NCBI GenBank assembly: GCA_023261045.1
Contig: JALRJZ010000001.1
Coordinates: 7,088-71,087 of the forward strand
Origin: Akkermansiaceae bacterium
Lineage (GTDB): Bacteria; Verrucomicrobiota; Verrucomicrobiia; Verrucomicrobiales; Akkermansiaceae
Direction of reading: 5' to 3'
Length of the DNA stretch: 64,000 nt
In this document: positions 19,693 to 28,957 of the stretch, piece by piece
Layout of the letters: each line of letters opens with the position of its first letter
Numbering within the stretch: the stretch's first letter is position 1
Position numbers and translations under genes: made by a program
The notes under the pieces: model-generated
Told to the model about the DNA's origin: nothing
The model's database searches: none
Seen by the model: the letters and a program-made list of their open reading frames with translations, nothing else

Positions 19693-19880
19693 CAAAGCGA
19701 CCGAAAACTCTGAAGATCAAAGAGCCCGGTTGACTCGTCCCTCGGGCTCTTGATCTCGACGACCATAAAGGCCCCTCAAAAACGATAAAGACTGGCTCGG
19801 TGGAGGGCTCTTTGAGACTTAAGAATGGCCCAATAAGCAAAAGGAAAGTCCTTGATGCTTCCTCCTCTTAAGTTGATCTT

Positions 19881-20195
19881 GTGTTTCACATTTGCATGAA
19901 GGTGGTTCCTACAGAGCGAGCGATGGGCTTAGTGACAATTCTTTCAGGTTTAGCCATCCCAATCGGCATCCTGATCGGAGCAGGTCCTTTCGGAAGTGTC
20001 AGTCAGGCTGTGAGTTGTTTTAATGCCATCCTGTGGATCATTAATCCGATTGGCTTTTGGCTGTTTCAGAATGTCGAAGGATTGTTTTACTCGATTGCCT
20101 CTTTCATTGCGGGAACAATGGTCTCAGCCTACTGCTGGGGGATGATTGATACCTTGGTGTTCCAACATCAGGGTGGGGATGATCAAAAGAGTTAG
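19881..20195 (+). CDS. hypothetical small membrane protein (about 3 TM segments); start uncertain (GTG 19881, ATG 19896 or ATG 19923)
   Basis: It is the only ORF in a 680-bp gap. Hydrophobic segments: LVTILSGLAIPIGILIGAGPF, AILWIINPIGFWLF, IASFIAGTMVSAYCWGMI. I recognise no family. Confidence 0.4.
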   Translation: MFHICMKVVPTERAMGLVTILSGLAIPIGILIGAGPFGSVSQAVSCFNAILWIINPIGFWLFQNVEGLFYSIASFIAGTMVSAYCWGMIDTLVFQHQGGDDQKS

Positions 20196-20376
20196 TGGAC
20201 ATCTAACAAAAATGAAGGTCGTCAAAAACAGGGTGATCCTACTCCAATAAAAAGAGTTTCGTAGATCTTATGAGGTAGGTGAGTTGTCGGTATTTACTCT
20301 TGGTTTTTTTGATTAAAAAAATCAGTGATGGATGCTTCCTATGATGGGTGATGTATGATTAGCTCTGGGCTCCAAC

Positions 20377-22089
20377 ATGAGTGAAAAAACTCCACAAACT
20401 CCAGCAAATGATGGAGCTCTTGATTTGTCCGGTTTGAATTTCGGCCCTGCTTGGGCGCGTGATTCTTCGGAGTCGAAAAGTGTTAAGAAATTTAAGAGCC
20501 GAGGAGACCGTGCGGACCGCAGCGAGTCGAAGGATCGTCGTCGGGGTGGTGGAGGTGGTTTTCGAGGTGATAAGCGTGGTAGTGAACGCCGTGGAGGTTT
20601 TAAGGGGAAAGGTGCACCACGACGAGGTGAGCGTGATCGTCGTCCGCCCCGACAGGAGGTAGAACCACCTGCGGGATTCACTTTGCAATTGATGCCCGCA
20701 GAAGAAAATCTCGATCTTCTTGCCAAGCAGGTCATCGAAACGAGGCGGACCTATTCGGTCTTCGACCTTGCGAAGGTCCTTCTTCAAAGTCGGGATCGGT
20801 TTCGCGTGATCTATGAATCCGCGGAGCACAAGTTTTTCCGCTGTCGCGAAGATCAATCTATTTGGCTTACGAGAGATGAAGCTCTTCGCCATCTTTGGAA
20901 AGCAGGATGGCTGTCGCAGTTTTATGATGAAGTGAGAGTTCAAGGAGAAGCTCCCAAGGGAAGCTTTTCTTCGGTCTCTCGTTGTGGAATCAGTGGAGAG
21001 CTTCTGGGGCCTCCCAATTATCATGGTTTTCAAGAAAAGTTGGTGGCTCTTCATCGAGAGAAGTTCTCGAACATGTCACTCGAGGACTACAAAGCGAAGA
21101 TCAAAACGGATCATGGTGAAGAGGCAGTTGAAGCTTGGCTCGAAAAGATGAAGCTGGTGACTAAGTGGAGAGTCAAAGAAGTTGGGTCAAAGGATGCCGC
21201 TGAGAAAGACTTAGATCAGGTCGATGCTTCAGGAGACGAAGAAGAGAGTTCTGAACCAGTCCAATCTTCTAAGCTTACGACTGATGCTCCGATCGAGACT
21301 TCTGATTCCCCTACTGAAGAATCCCCAGAAGCTTCCGAGATCGAATCTTGCGATCAGAAACAAGAGGGCTCTCAGGAAGAGTTTTTGGAGGACACCCGTG
21401 CCCTTGAACGCCATTTTTCCGAGAATCATTTTAACGAAGTTTTTGAAGAAACTTCCCGTGCATGGGTGATGGGAGATATACAGGGTAATTTACTTTCACC
21501 TGGATTGTTGACGATGCTCAAAAGAGCGGTCGCGGAGGAAAAACGTTACCCTGGGAAGCTGATGCCATTAGTGTGTCGTCAGCTTTCGGGGCGTCACGTT
21601 GCCGTCTTTAAATGGGAAAAGAAACTTCGAGTCGGGCCTTCCCGACCTCACGCAGTGCCCCCAGAGGTCTCTCTCTCTGAACGTCCACAGAGTATGATCA
21701 ACCACTTACAAGATCATTCCGGAGTCACCTTGCAGGATTTTTGGTCAGCAGTTTGGCCCGAGAACTTGGATGAAGCTGCCAAGCATGATTGGTTGCAGGA
21801 CTTCCAGTGGTTGTTAAGCCAAGGTCATCTCATTTTACTCTCCGATACGACGGTTCATTTGGCGAAGAAAGAATCAAGCCCAACGCCTGAAGACTCTCGC
21901 AAAAAGTCAGTGGAGAAAGATGCTTCACAAAAGCCTGAACAGGTAGAGCAGAATTCAGGTTGCTCAGAATCTGCCAGTTTGGAGCAAGCACAAGCAGTTG
22001 CGCAAACCCAAGAATCTAGCGAAGAAGTGACCACCAAAACCGATGAGGTGGTTGAGTCTGTTCAGGATACAGATCAGTCACCTTCCTAG
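20377..22089 (+). CDS. hypothetical protein with an RG/RGG-rich N-terminus and an acidic low-complexity linker
   Basis: The long ATG-initiated ORF fills the gap between the small membrane ORF and rmuC. N-terminus: LSGLNFGPAWA followed by DRRRGGGGGFRGDKRGSERRGGFKGKGAPRRGERDRRPP. Two globular-looking regions are separated by an E/S/D-rich linker. The antisense ORFs here are compositional shadows. Confidence 0.75.
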   Translation: MSEKTPQTPANDGALDLSGLNFGPAWARDSSESKSVKKFKSRGDRADRSESKDRRRGGGGGFRGDKRGSERRGGFKGKGAPRRGERDRRPPRQEVEPPAGFTLQLMPAEENLDLLAKQVIETRRTYSVFDLAKVLLQSRDRFRVIYESAEHKFFRCREDQSIWLTRDEALRHLWKAGWLSQFYDEVRVQGEAPKGSFSSVSRCGISGELLGPPNYHGFQEKLVALHREKFSNMSLEDYKAKIKTDHGEEAVEAWLEKMKLVTKWRVKEVGSKDAAEKDLDQVDASGDEEESSEPVQSSKLTTDAPIETSDSPTEESPEASEIESCDQKQEGSQEEFLEDTRALERHFSENHFNEVFEETSRAWVMGDIQGNLLSPGLLTMLKRAVAEEKRYPGKLMPLVCRQLSGRHVAVFKWEKKLRVGPSRPHAVPPEVSLSERPQSMINHLQDHSGVTLQDFWSAVWPENLDEAAKHDWLQDFQWLLSQGHLILLSDTTVHLAKKESSPTPEDSRKKSVEKDASQKPEQVEQNSGCSESASLEQAQAVAQTQESSEEVTTKTDEVVESVQDTDQSPS

Positions 22090-22100
22090 GATTGGTTTTC

Positions 22101-23636
22101 TCACTGCTCGAGAGCAGCACGAAAATCATTGGCCGCACCCTCTGCTTTTTTTGGAGAGTCGTTCTCTTGCTTTGGATTGAGGTCTGAGTCAACGGACTGG
22201 GAAGCGGCCTCCGAGGAGCTTGTTTCTTGATGACTATCTGGTTCGTGCGGCTCTGGAAGCGCGCGTGGTTGTTTTGGAATGAGATCAATTCCTTGAGGAT
22301 CCTCGAGGCTCAGGCTGTGCTCAGAGGCCTCGAGAGTCTCAAATTTTCGAGCAGAGGGGATGACCCGGCTCTCGAGCGACGAGACTGCTGAGTTATACGA
22401 CTTAACGGAACCTTCGAGTGATTTTCCAACTTTCGAGAGATGATTCGAAAAGGTGGTGAGACGTCGATGGAGTTCACGCCCGGTCTCGGAAATTCGACGG
22501 GCATTTTCAGCGAGGGCCTCTTGTCGCCATCCGTAAGCGACGGAACGCAAAAGAGCGATGAGCGTGGTTGGAGTGGCCAGAATCACGTTTTGATCCACTC
22601 CTTGTTCCAGAAGCGTTGAGTCTTGAGTCAGGGCCGCAGAGAAGAAGGATTCTGAGGGAAGAAAGAGGACCACAAACTCGGGAGCTGGTTGAAACTGTGC
22701 TTGATAGTTCTTTGAGGCAAGTTGGCGGATATGCGTCAACACTTGGCTTGCGTGGCGAGCTAGCGCCAAGTCTCGGTCAGCATCTGAATCAGCTTCGAGG
22801 GCATCAAGATAAGCATCCATCGGAGCTTTCGAATCAACCACGATTTGCTTACCGCCTGGGAGTTTGACGATGAGATCTGGACGAAGACGTTTTCCTTCAT
22901 CCGTCGTCGTTGTTGTTTGAGTGGTGAAGTCGCAATGTTGCTGCATCCCTGCCATTTCAACGACACGCTGGAGTTGGATTTCTCCCCACTGACCCCGGCC
23001 GGTAGGTTGCCTTAGGGCTTTGACGAGAGAGCGAGTTTCCTTGTGCAAACCTTGCTGAGTTGCCGAAAGTGAGGCAACTTGCTCGCGTAAGGAAGCGTAG
23101 GCTCCTTCGCGGGCTTTCTCAATTTCGCCGATGCGAAGTTGCATCTTATCGAGCGATTCGGAGACAGGTTTGACGAGGTGTTTGACAGCCTGTTCTCTTT
23201 TTTCTAGCTCGCCTTTGGCTTCCTTTTGCTCGGCTCTAAACGTGCTCTTGGCAAGCTCAAGGAATTGTTGCTGAGTACTTTTGAGCGCTTCTCCAGAGAG
23301 CGCTTTGAAGGAGTTTGAAAATCGTTCTTCAACAGTGTTGAGGAGTTTGAGCGTTTCTTCGTGGCGTTGTTTTTGATTTTCGAGATGAATCTTGGCCTCG
23401 CTCTTTTCTTTGAGGAGATCGGCTTCAGAGTTTTGAAGTTCCTCGATTTTTTTTCTCAGGGTGATCTCGGTGGCTTCTAGATTTGTGATGGTCTCGGTTG
23501 TGGCTTTTTCCCTCTCCCTCAGAGTCGAGCGAAGGGCGGAAATTCGGATCATTTGGACTAAAACGGCCAAAATGATGCCTCCGATGAAACCAACAAGAGC
23601 CGACATTTGGGAAAAGTTTTCTAAAAATTCAGGCAT
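22101..23636 (-). CDS. rmuC: DNA recombination protein RmuC
   Basis: N-terminal TM helix, then a long coiled coil, then an RmuC nuclease-like core: [25 protein letters not shown]...[16 protein letters not shown]...[20 protein letters not shown] stop. Confidence 0.9.
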   Translation of the reverse strand: MPEFLENFSQMSALVGFIGGIILAVLVQMIRISALRSTLREREKATTETITNLEATEITLRKKIEELQNSEADLLKEKSEAKIHLENQKQRHEETLKLLNTVEERFSNSFKALSGEALKSTQQQFLELAKSTFRAEQKEAKGELEKREQAVKHLVKPVSESLDKMQLRIGEIEKAREGAYASLREQVASLSATQQGLHKETRSLVKALRQPTGRGQWGEIQLQRVVEMAGMQQHCDFTTQTTTTTDEGKRLRPDLIVKLPGGKQIVVDSKAPMDAYLDALEADSDADRDLALARHASQVLTHIRQLASKNYQAQFQPAPEFVVLFLPSESFFSAALTQDSTLLEQGVDQNVILATPTTLIALLRSVAYGWRQEALAENARRISETGRELHRRLTTFSNHLSKVGKSLEGSVKSYNSAVSSLESRVIPSARKFETLEASEHSLSLEDPQGIDLIPKQPRALPEPHEPDSHQETSSSEAASQSVDSDLNPKQENDSPKKAEGAANDFRAALEQ

Positions 23637-23747
23637 AACCGAAAGGATTGTCTCTTGCGCTCTAGAGAGAAGCTGCTTTGCTCCTCCTCAGAGCCTGTGC
23701 CCACTGTGGAAGCGCGGGACACTAAAATCAAACCATTACGAACTATC

Positions 23748-24362
23748 ATGGCACATTCACTTCCCGAGTTGGGCTACGCCCACGATGCTCTTGAGCCACA
23801 TATCGACGCTCAGACGATGGAAATTCACCACGGTAAGCATCACAATGCTTACGTGACTAATCTCAATGCTGCTCTTGAATCGCATGCAGACCTTGCCGAT
23901 TTATCGCTCACTGAGTTACAAGCTCAGATTGCAGACGTTCCGGCTCTTCGCAATAATGGAGGAGGGCACTTTAATCATAGCCTGTTCTGGAAGGTCATCG
24001 CTCCAGGAGGCTCAACGGCTCCCACGGGGGATCTTGCCGATGCCATCGATGCAGCCTTTGGCTCTTTCGATACCTTTAAAGAAGAGTTTGCAAAGGCGGG
24101 TGCGACTCGTTTTGGCTCCGGTTGGGCTTGGTTGGGTGTCAAAAGTGATGGAACGCTTGGGGTTTGTTCAACCGCAAATCAGGATAACCCACTCATGGGT
24201 GAGGGCGCAGGGGTTTGTGGATGCACTCCAATTCTGGGATTAGACGTTTGGGAGCATGCTTACTATCTCAATTACCAGAATCGTCGCCCAGACTACATCG
24301 CTGCTTTCTGGAATATCGTTAACTGGGATGTTGTCGCCGAGAATTTTGCAGCGGCAAAGTAA
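23748..24362 (+). CDS. sodA: superoxide dismutase, Fe/Mn family (Mn-type signature)
   Basis: Starts at ATG 23748 ([32 protein letters not shown]). Mn-type [22 protein letters not shown] and [21 protein letters not shown]. The listed upstream extension from 23655 is not SOD-like. Confidence 0.95.
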   Translation: MAHSLPELGYAHDALEPHIDAQTMEIHHGKHHNAYVTNLNAALESHADLADLSLTELQAQIADVPALRNNGGGHFNHSLFWKVIAPGGSTAPTGDLADAIDAAFGSFDTFKEEFAKAGATRFGSGWAWLGVKSDGTLGVCSTANQDNPLMGEGAGVCGCTPILGLDVWEHAYYLNYQNRRPDYIAAFWNIVNWDVVAENFAAAK

Positions 24363-24394
24363 TTCAGTTTTTCTCAACGAGTTTTCGATCAAAA

Positions 24395-24430
24395 GCGCGA
24401 GGCCTGTCCGGGGCTCGCGCTTTTCTTTGG
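24395..24430 (+). terminator. rho-independent terminator of sodA
   Basis: GCGCGAG(G)CC ... GGGCTCGCGC stem (24395-24420) followed by TTTTCTTTGG. Confidence 0.7.
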
Positions 24431-24516
24431 TCTTGCTTGATTGAGCATCATCGTTTGTCGGAGTTTTTGGGATCTCCCTTTACGAAGCGAGGGCTCGATG
24501 TTTAGGGTCTTGGGCC

Positions 24517-25323
24517 ATGAATCGCTTGCTTGCAATTTTACTTTCTCTTAGTCCGGTGACAGTCGCGGAGCTTCCACAAATGTCAGAAAAAACTGAATGG
24601 CTTGGTTACTTCGTAGGATGGGAGGATAAGAAATTTGATTTCGGAATCGGAGCTGATGGTGAGCTCGCGATGATGATTAAAAAAAGGGGTAAGAGAGTTT
24701 CTCATCGGGACATTTCGATTCGCTATCTCATCGAAGAAGAAGTCAAAGGAAAGTGGGTCAGACGGCGATTCGTGGAGAATGGTCTTTCAAGTGAGCAAGA
24801 GAAGGGACTTGATCCTCGCAAGCCTGTGGCCATTTCTTCTACCGTGACAGGAGACACGACCGTAGAATGGGTTCATGTTCTCTCTCGTGGGACGGTCTCA
24901 ATTTTACCAAAGCTTCTTGAAAAGAAAACGAGCAATCCGGTTCGCGTTGGTATCGAGTTCGCTCTCCCAAGACTCCACCGCTTTGAAGGCAAGCCCGACG
25001 AAAAGGAACTTAAGAAAAAAGCTGGAGACGATTATTTGCGGGGCAAGCGCCTCAAAGATGGGAAAAAAGTCCGCATTCAATTCGATGATCTCGAAGATGA
25101 TGTGTCTTCCGAAGAATTTCTTCAGGACGGAGCAAGCGAGGTGGAGGTTCAGTCAGTGGGGATGTCTGGTATGACTTTCACCCTTGCCAATGGCGACGAG
25201 AAATCGGGCCGAATTGATGTCGTGACCAATGGCCCCCTGTACAATTCTTTTCGATTCCGCTGGATGGTTGAAATGGAAAAGATCGGTGATCAAAAGAGCT
25301 TTGTTAACTTCTCGATGGAGTAA
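24517..25323 (+). CDS. hypothetical secreted protein
   Basis: ATG start with signal-like MNRLLAILLSLSPVTVA. The ORF is charged (K/E-rich) and I recognise no domain. Its 3' end overlaps the convergent neighbour by 20 bp. Confidence 0.65.
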   Translation: MNRLLAILLSLSPVTVAELPQMSEKTEWLGYFVGWEDKKFDFGIGADGELAMMIKKRGKRVSHRDISIRYLIEEEVKGKWVRRRFVENGLSSEQEKGLDPRKPVAISSTVTGDTTVEWVHVLSRGTVSILPKLLEKKTSNPVRVGIEFALPRLHRFEGKPDEKELKKKAGDDYLRGKRLKDGKKVRIQFDDLEDDVSSEEFLQDGASEVEVQSVGMSGMTFTLANGDEKSGRIDVVTNGPLYNSFRFRWMVEMEKIGDQKSFVNFSME

Positions 25324-26335
25324 TATTGAGAACTTTCTGGAGGTGGGTCGCGGTTAAAGCTCCCATCGTCTGGCATGCTTCAAAGGCATGTGAGCCATAA
25401 CGCTCGACCATGGCTTCTCGTAGAAGCACGAGGTTTTCGTGGGTTGAAATATCAGTGCGGTTCATGACGCTGAGAATTGCTTTGAGGCGGTTTCGTTCGA
25501 CCTTGGCTCGTCGTGACATTTGAGAGAGTTCCTCTGCTCGATATTGGAGGATCGTTTGATCATTGAGATGCTCCCTGACGAGATCCTCGACAGGCTTGTT
25601 GTCTGGAAATAGGTGAGCTCGGTAAACTTGGAGATTTCCCTCGTAGGATTGTTGGTCAAAGTCGATGGGGCGAACGCGATATTGCACCTCTTCAAAGTCA
25701 GGAGTGATATCTACCACATAGTTGACTGTTCTCATGTCACCTAAGAGGCGGAGGAAACACCTTTCACCAAATTTCACAAACTCTTTGGCAATTCGGACAT
25801 GGTTTAAGGAGGGATCGGAGAGGTAATCTCGAATAAAAACATCTCCTGGAACACCAGCGATGTGCTCTTCAATTAAGGTGTTTCCGTTGACGAGATAGTT
25901 GATCCGGTTTGGGGATAGAATATGCTCAAGTTCGAGTCCAAAAAGACGTGAAGCATCCGCATTTTTCACGTAATAGTAATCAGAATTCCCATTAAACAAG
26001 TTGGTAATTCGAATTCGAAAAGGACGAGAATTGCCAAACTCGCCAAAGTCAATGCGCTCAACCGTGAGGTGCTCGGCAAGGCTAAGATCGCCGCCAATTT
26101 TCAACATGGCATAGATCTTTGTCAGCTTTGGACGAAGATCTTCCATCACCTCTTGGGGATACATCACCTCCAGCCAGAGCGTTTCTTCTCCCTTTGGATT
26201 TTCATAGGGGATCGATCCGCTAAATCTCAAAAGCTCATCGTAAACAAGAGGAACTTCTGACAGACGGCCGTAGTGAGCGAGGTAGTTCCACAACGGTGGA
26301 GAGATGGGGTAGCAGATCTTTCGTCGTGAAATCAT
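25304..26335 (-). CDS. hypothetical protein with a kinase-like/ATP-grasp-like motif pattern
   Basis: ATG 26335 (MISRRKI) is preferred over the listed TTG 26353. The motif order resembles ATP-binding folds: YYYVKNAD (beta3 Lys?), LIEEHIAGVPGD (hinge-like), LLGDMRTVNYVV (catalytic-loop-like), RPIDFD (DFG-like). This rests on pattern recognition only. Confidence 0.65.
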   Translation of the reverse strand: MISRRKICYPISPPLWNYLAHYGRLSEVPLVYDELLRFSGSIPYENPKGEETLWLEVMYPQEVMEDLRPKLTKIYAMLKIGGDLSLAEHLTVERIDFGEFGNSRPFRIRITNLFNGNSDYYYVKNADASRLFGLELEHILSPNRINYLVNGNTLIEEHIAGVPGDVFIRDYLSDPSLNHVRIAKEFVKFGERCFLRLLGDMRTVNYVVDITPDFEEVQYRVRPIDFDQQSYEGNLQVYRAHLFPDNKPVEDLVREHLNDQTILQYRAEELSQMSRRAKVERNRLKAILSVMNRTDISTHENLVLLREAMVERYGSHAFEACQTMGALTATHLQKVLNITPSRS

Positions 26336-26533
26336 TGTCTTAGACGGCGCCAAAGATCTTTGGTCTGCTTGATCAGGAAAAGCGAGGGAATTTCACAGCC
26401 ACGAATCAAGATTTCAAGCAATGGGAGGTCGGGTAAAAGCTTTCCGAGCAAGACTTTCGATTCGAAAAACGCAATTCCCTTGATCTATAAGACCTTTTGG
26501 GATTAATCTCTCGGCGCACGCAAGTGAATCAAG

Positions 26534-26609
26534 GCGGGATTAGCTCAGTTGGTAGAGCGACTCGTTTACACCGAGTATGTCGGCGGTTCGAGTCCGTCAT
26601 CCCGCACCA
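26534..26609 (+). tRNA. tRNA-Val (anticodon TAC), CCA encoded
   Basis: Cloverleaf: acceptor GCGGGAT/ATCCCGC, D arm GCTC-AGTTGGTA-GAGC, anticodon arm ACTCG-TTTACAC-CGAGT, T arm GGCGG-TTCGAGT-CCGTC, discriminator A plus CCA. 76 nt. Confidence 0.95.
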
Positions 26610-26814
26610 CTTGATCTCACCGTCACTCTAGCGTTGGACTAGGGTTGAGCCTTGGGCGAGAAAAATGCTTCGGTCTGTTTTTTGGCGCATGAGAATGAAG
26701 AGGTTGAACCAACAAGCTTGGCTCTCGCCTTGATTGATTATTGAAGCTGCGATCGAATCCCAAGGATGAGCGACGATTCGTCTCGGCTGCGCGAGTATGC
26801 GCTTTAATGGGCCT

Positions 26815-27177
26815 CTAGTTTCGGCGAGCAAGCCGCCCTTCATCAATCAGTTTCCAAAAATGTTTTGATTCGGCTAGAGCTTCGTCCTCTCCCAGGGGCA
26901 GTTTTGAACGATAAAGAAAATCAGAGAAAGTACCCTTATGTAAGACACGGTGGACGATGACTTGTTCGCCAATGACCTCAAAATAAAACCGCCAGTCTTT
27001 GGAGCGGAATCGATAGAGCTTCTTGCCATCGCGCTCAATTTCACCGAAGCGCTCGTCATTGATGTGTTCAAGGTCGTCTTTGGTCACCTTAAATTCATCG
27101 AGGAGTTCAAGTTGCTCCAGAGTATCCAACTGGGAGATTTCTGAGGCACTAATTTCATTAAAAACGATTTGGAGCAC
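26815..27177 (-). CDS. RelE/ParE-superfamily toxin-like protein with a roughly 38-aa C-terminal extension; no adjacent antitoxin gene
   Basis: Core strand pattern KLYRFRSKDWRFYFEVIGEQVIVHRVLHK matches the RelE/ParE yRlRvGdyRviY...v.v..v.hR signature. The N-terminal helices (ISASEISQLDTLEQLELLDEF) are as in ParE/RelE. The protein is 120 aa against about 90 for typical members. Confidence 0.55.
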   Translation of the reverse strand: MLQIVFNEISASEISQLDTLEQLELLDEFKVTKDDLEHINDERFGEIERDGKKLYRFRSKDWRFYFEVIGEQVIVHRVLHKGTFSDFLYRSKLPLGEDEALAESKHFWKLIDEGRLARRN

Positions 27178-27275
27178 GCCTCGGTTTATAAAGGATTCTT
27201 GGAGATACTCAAACCTCGCAAAAGAAAAGCGTGATTAAAACGTGAAAGTATTCAAATGAACACTATATTAAAGGG

Positions 27276-28823
27276 GTGATAGCAAAGATCTACAGTGCAG
27301 CCTTGCGCGGCGTGGAAGCCATTGAAGTCGCCGTTGAAGTCTCTGCCCGTGAAGCAGAGGGGGCCAATGCAGGGCGAATGAATATTGTCGGGCTTCCTGA
27401 CGCTGCGGTCAGAGAATCTGGAGAGCGCGTGACCACGGCCATTTTAGCTTCAGCAATGGACTACACTTATGGTGTTCACACCGTAAATTTGGCTCCCGCC
27501 GATTTAAAAAAGGAGGGTCCCTCTTTTGACCTTCCAATCGCACTTGCGATGTTGGCCTGTAAGCAAGGAGAAGAACTCAGTTTAGCGAACGATCTTGTGA
27601 TCGTTGGAGAACTCGCTCTGGATGGAAGTCTACGACCAATCAAAGGAGCACTCTCGATTGCTCTCGGAGCCAAGGCGGCAGGGCGTCGCCGACTTCTTCT
27701 CCCTGCAGCGAATGCTCGAGAGGCCGCTGTGGTGAGTGGTCTTGAAGTCTACGGATTGAGTTCTCTATACGAAGCTTGGCAGTTTATCACTGGCGCCCAG
27801 AGCAGAGAACCTGAAGCTCGATCTCGTTTTCCTCGTTCTCAATCATGGGGATCTTATCCTGATTTCGATGAGGTTAAGGGGCAGCAAAATGTCAAGCGAG
27901 CCCTCGAAATTGCGGCAGCTGGAGGACATAACATTTTGATGGCAGGTCCACCTGGAACGGGGAAGTCAATGCTCGCCAAAAGAATGCCCTCGATTATGCC
28001 TGAGATGACCGAGCAAGAAGCCATTGAAACCACTCAAATTCATTCAGTTGCCAAGTTGCTAGATGCTCGTGAGGGACTGGTCATGGAACGTCCCTTTCGA
28101 GCTCCTCATCACACCATTTCTGACGTGGGACTCTTGGGAGGGGGGACCAATCCTGGGCCGGGAGAGATTTCCTTAGCTCATCATGGGGTCCTCTTCTTAG
28201 ATGAACTTCCGGAGTATCGGAGATCGACCGTGGAAGTTCTGCGTCAACCTCTTGAAGATGGGAAAGTAACGATCTCTCGAGCAGCTGGCACCTATCATTT
28301 TTCCTCTCGTTTTTTGCTCGTCTGCGCTCTGAATCCCTGCCCCTGTGGATTCTTTGGTGACCCGGTTAGACAATGCCGCTGTCATCCTCGGCAAATCGAA
28401 TCCTATCGAGCGAAGGTGTCTGGGCCACTGCTCGATCGCATTGATCTTCATGTTGAAGTGCCTCTTATTGATTACAGGCAACTTTCTTCTGAAACAAAGC
28501 AAGAATCTTCAGAAACGATTAGAGAGAGGGTCATGGCGTGCCGTCGTCTACAAGAGCACCGGTTCTCCTCTCAGAGGGACATACGCACAAACTCCGAGAT
28601 GACTCCCAAAGCCATGAGAGAGTTTTGCAAAGTCGGAGAAGATTGTGCGTCTCTACTTGAGCAAGCGATGGAACAGCTTCATTTTTCAGCGAGGGCTTAT
28701 GACCGAATTCTCAAGGTCGCGAGAACCATTGCTGATCTGGATGAATCAATTGACCTGGAAGCCGAGCATGTTCTCGAAGCAATTCAATTTCGTTCTCTAG
28801 ATCGTCAGCTTTGTTTCTCATAG
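27276..28823 (+). CDS. comM: YifB/ComM family Mg-chelatase-like ATPase
   Basis: GTG start preceded by AAAGGGG. Lon-protease-like N-domain (VNLAPADLKKEGPSFDLPIALAML). Walker A GPPGTGKSMLAKR, Walker B GVLFLDELPEY, ALNPCPCG zinc motif, and C-terminal SARAYDRILKVARTIADL. Confidence 0.93.
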   Translation: MIAKIYSAALRGVEAIEVAVEVSAREAEGANAGRMNIVGLPDAAVRESGERVTTAILASAMDYTYGVHTVNLAPADLKKEGPSFDLPIALAMLACKQGEELSLANDLVIVGELALDGSLRPIKGALSIALGAKAAGRRRLLLPAANAREAAVVSGLEVYGLSSLYEAWQFITGAQSREPEARSRFPRSQSWGSYPDFDEVKGQQNVKRALEIAAAGGHNILMAGPPGTGKSMLAKRMPSIMPEMTEQEAIETTQIHSVAKLLDAREGLVMERPFRAPHHTISDVGLLGGGTNPGPGEISLAHHGVLFLDELPEYRRSTVEVLRQPLEDGKVTISRAAGTYHFSSRFLLVCALNPCPCGFFGDPVRQCRCHPRQIESYRAKVSGPLLDRIDLHVEVPLIDYRQLSSETKQESSETIRERVMACRRLQEHRFSSQRDIRTNSEMTPKAMREFCKVGEDCASLLEQAMEQLHFSARAYDRILKVARTIADLDESIDLEAEHVLEAIQFRSLDRQLCFS

Positions 28824-28957
28824 ATCATGAGTATTTCCGTCGGGGAGGAGGTGACACCAAAGGAATCAGTCAAAAGGATTCGTTTTTTTAAGAGACGCCC
28901 GGCTCCTAAAAAATGATGGGATCTGCTCTGAAGGCGTGAGAGATTTATTGAGCAGTG

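Noticed and set aside
19715-19755. Hairpin after the DUF1552 gene (GATCA-A-AGAGCCCG ... CGGGCTCT-TGATC)
   Set aside because: It is a good 13-bp interrupted stem, but no U-tract follows on either strand, so I did not call it an intrinsic terminator.
20322-21054. Two long minus-strand ORFs (137 and 231 aa) antisense to the RG-rich gene
   Set aside because: Their products are low-complexity (R/S/P/T-rich) mirror images of the GGT/CGT-rich sense strand. The sense ORF is far longer and fills the gap. These are shadow ORFs.
23655-23747. Upstream extension of the sodA ORF
   Set aside because: The SOD family N-terminus ([10 protein letters not shown]) begins at ATG 23748. The extension has no homology pattern and would begin only 18 nt from the divergent rmuC start (23636), leaving almost no promoter spacer.
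26628-26846. 72-aa ORF downstream of the RelE/ParE-like gene as its antitoxin (HigBA-like order)
   Set aside because: It overlaps the toxin 3' end by 32 nt, has no HTH-like or other antitoxin-like pattern, and has an odd composition. It is probably non-coding.
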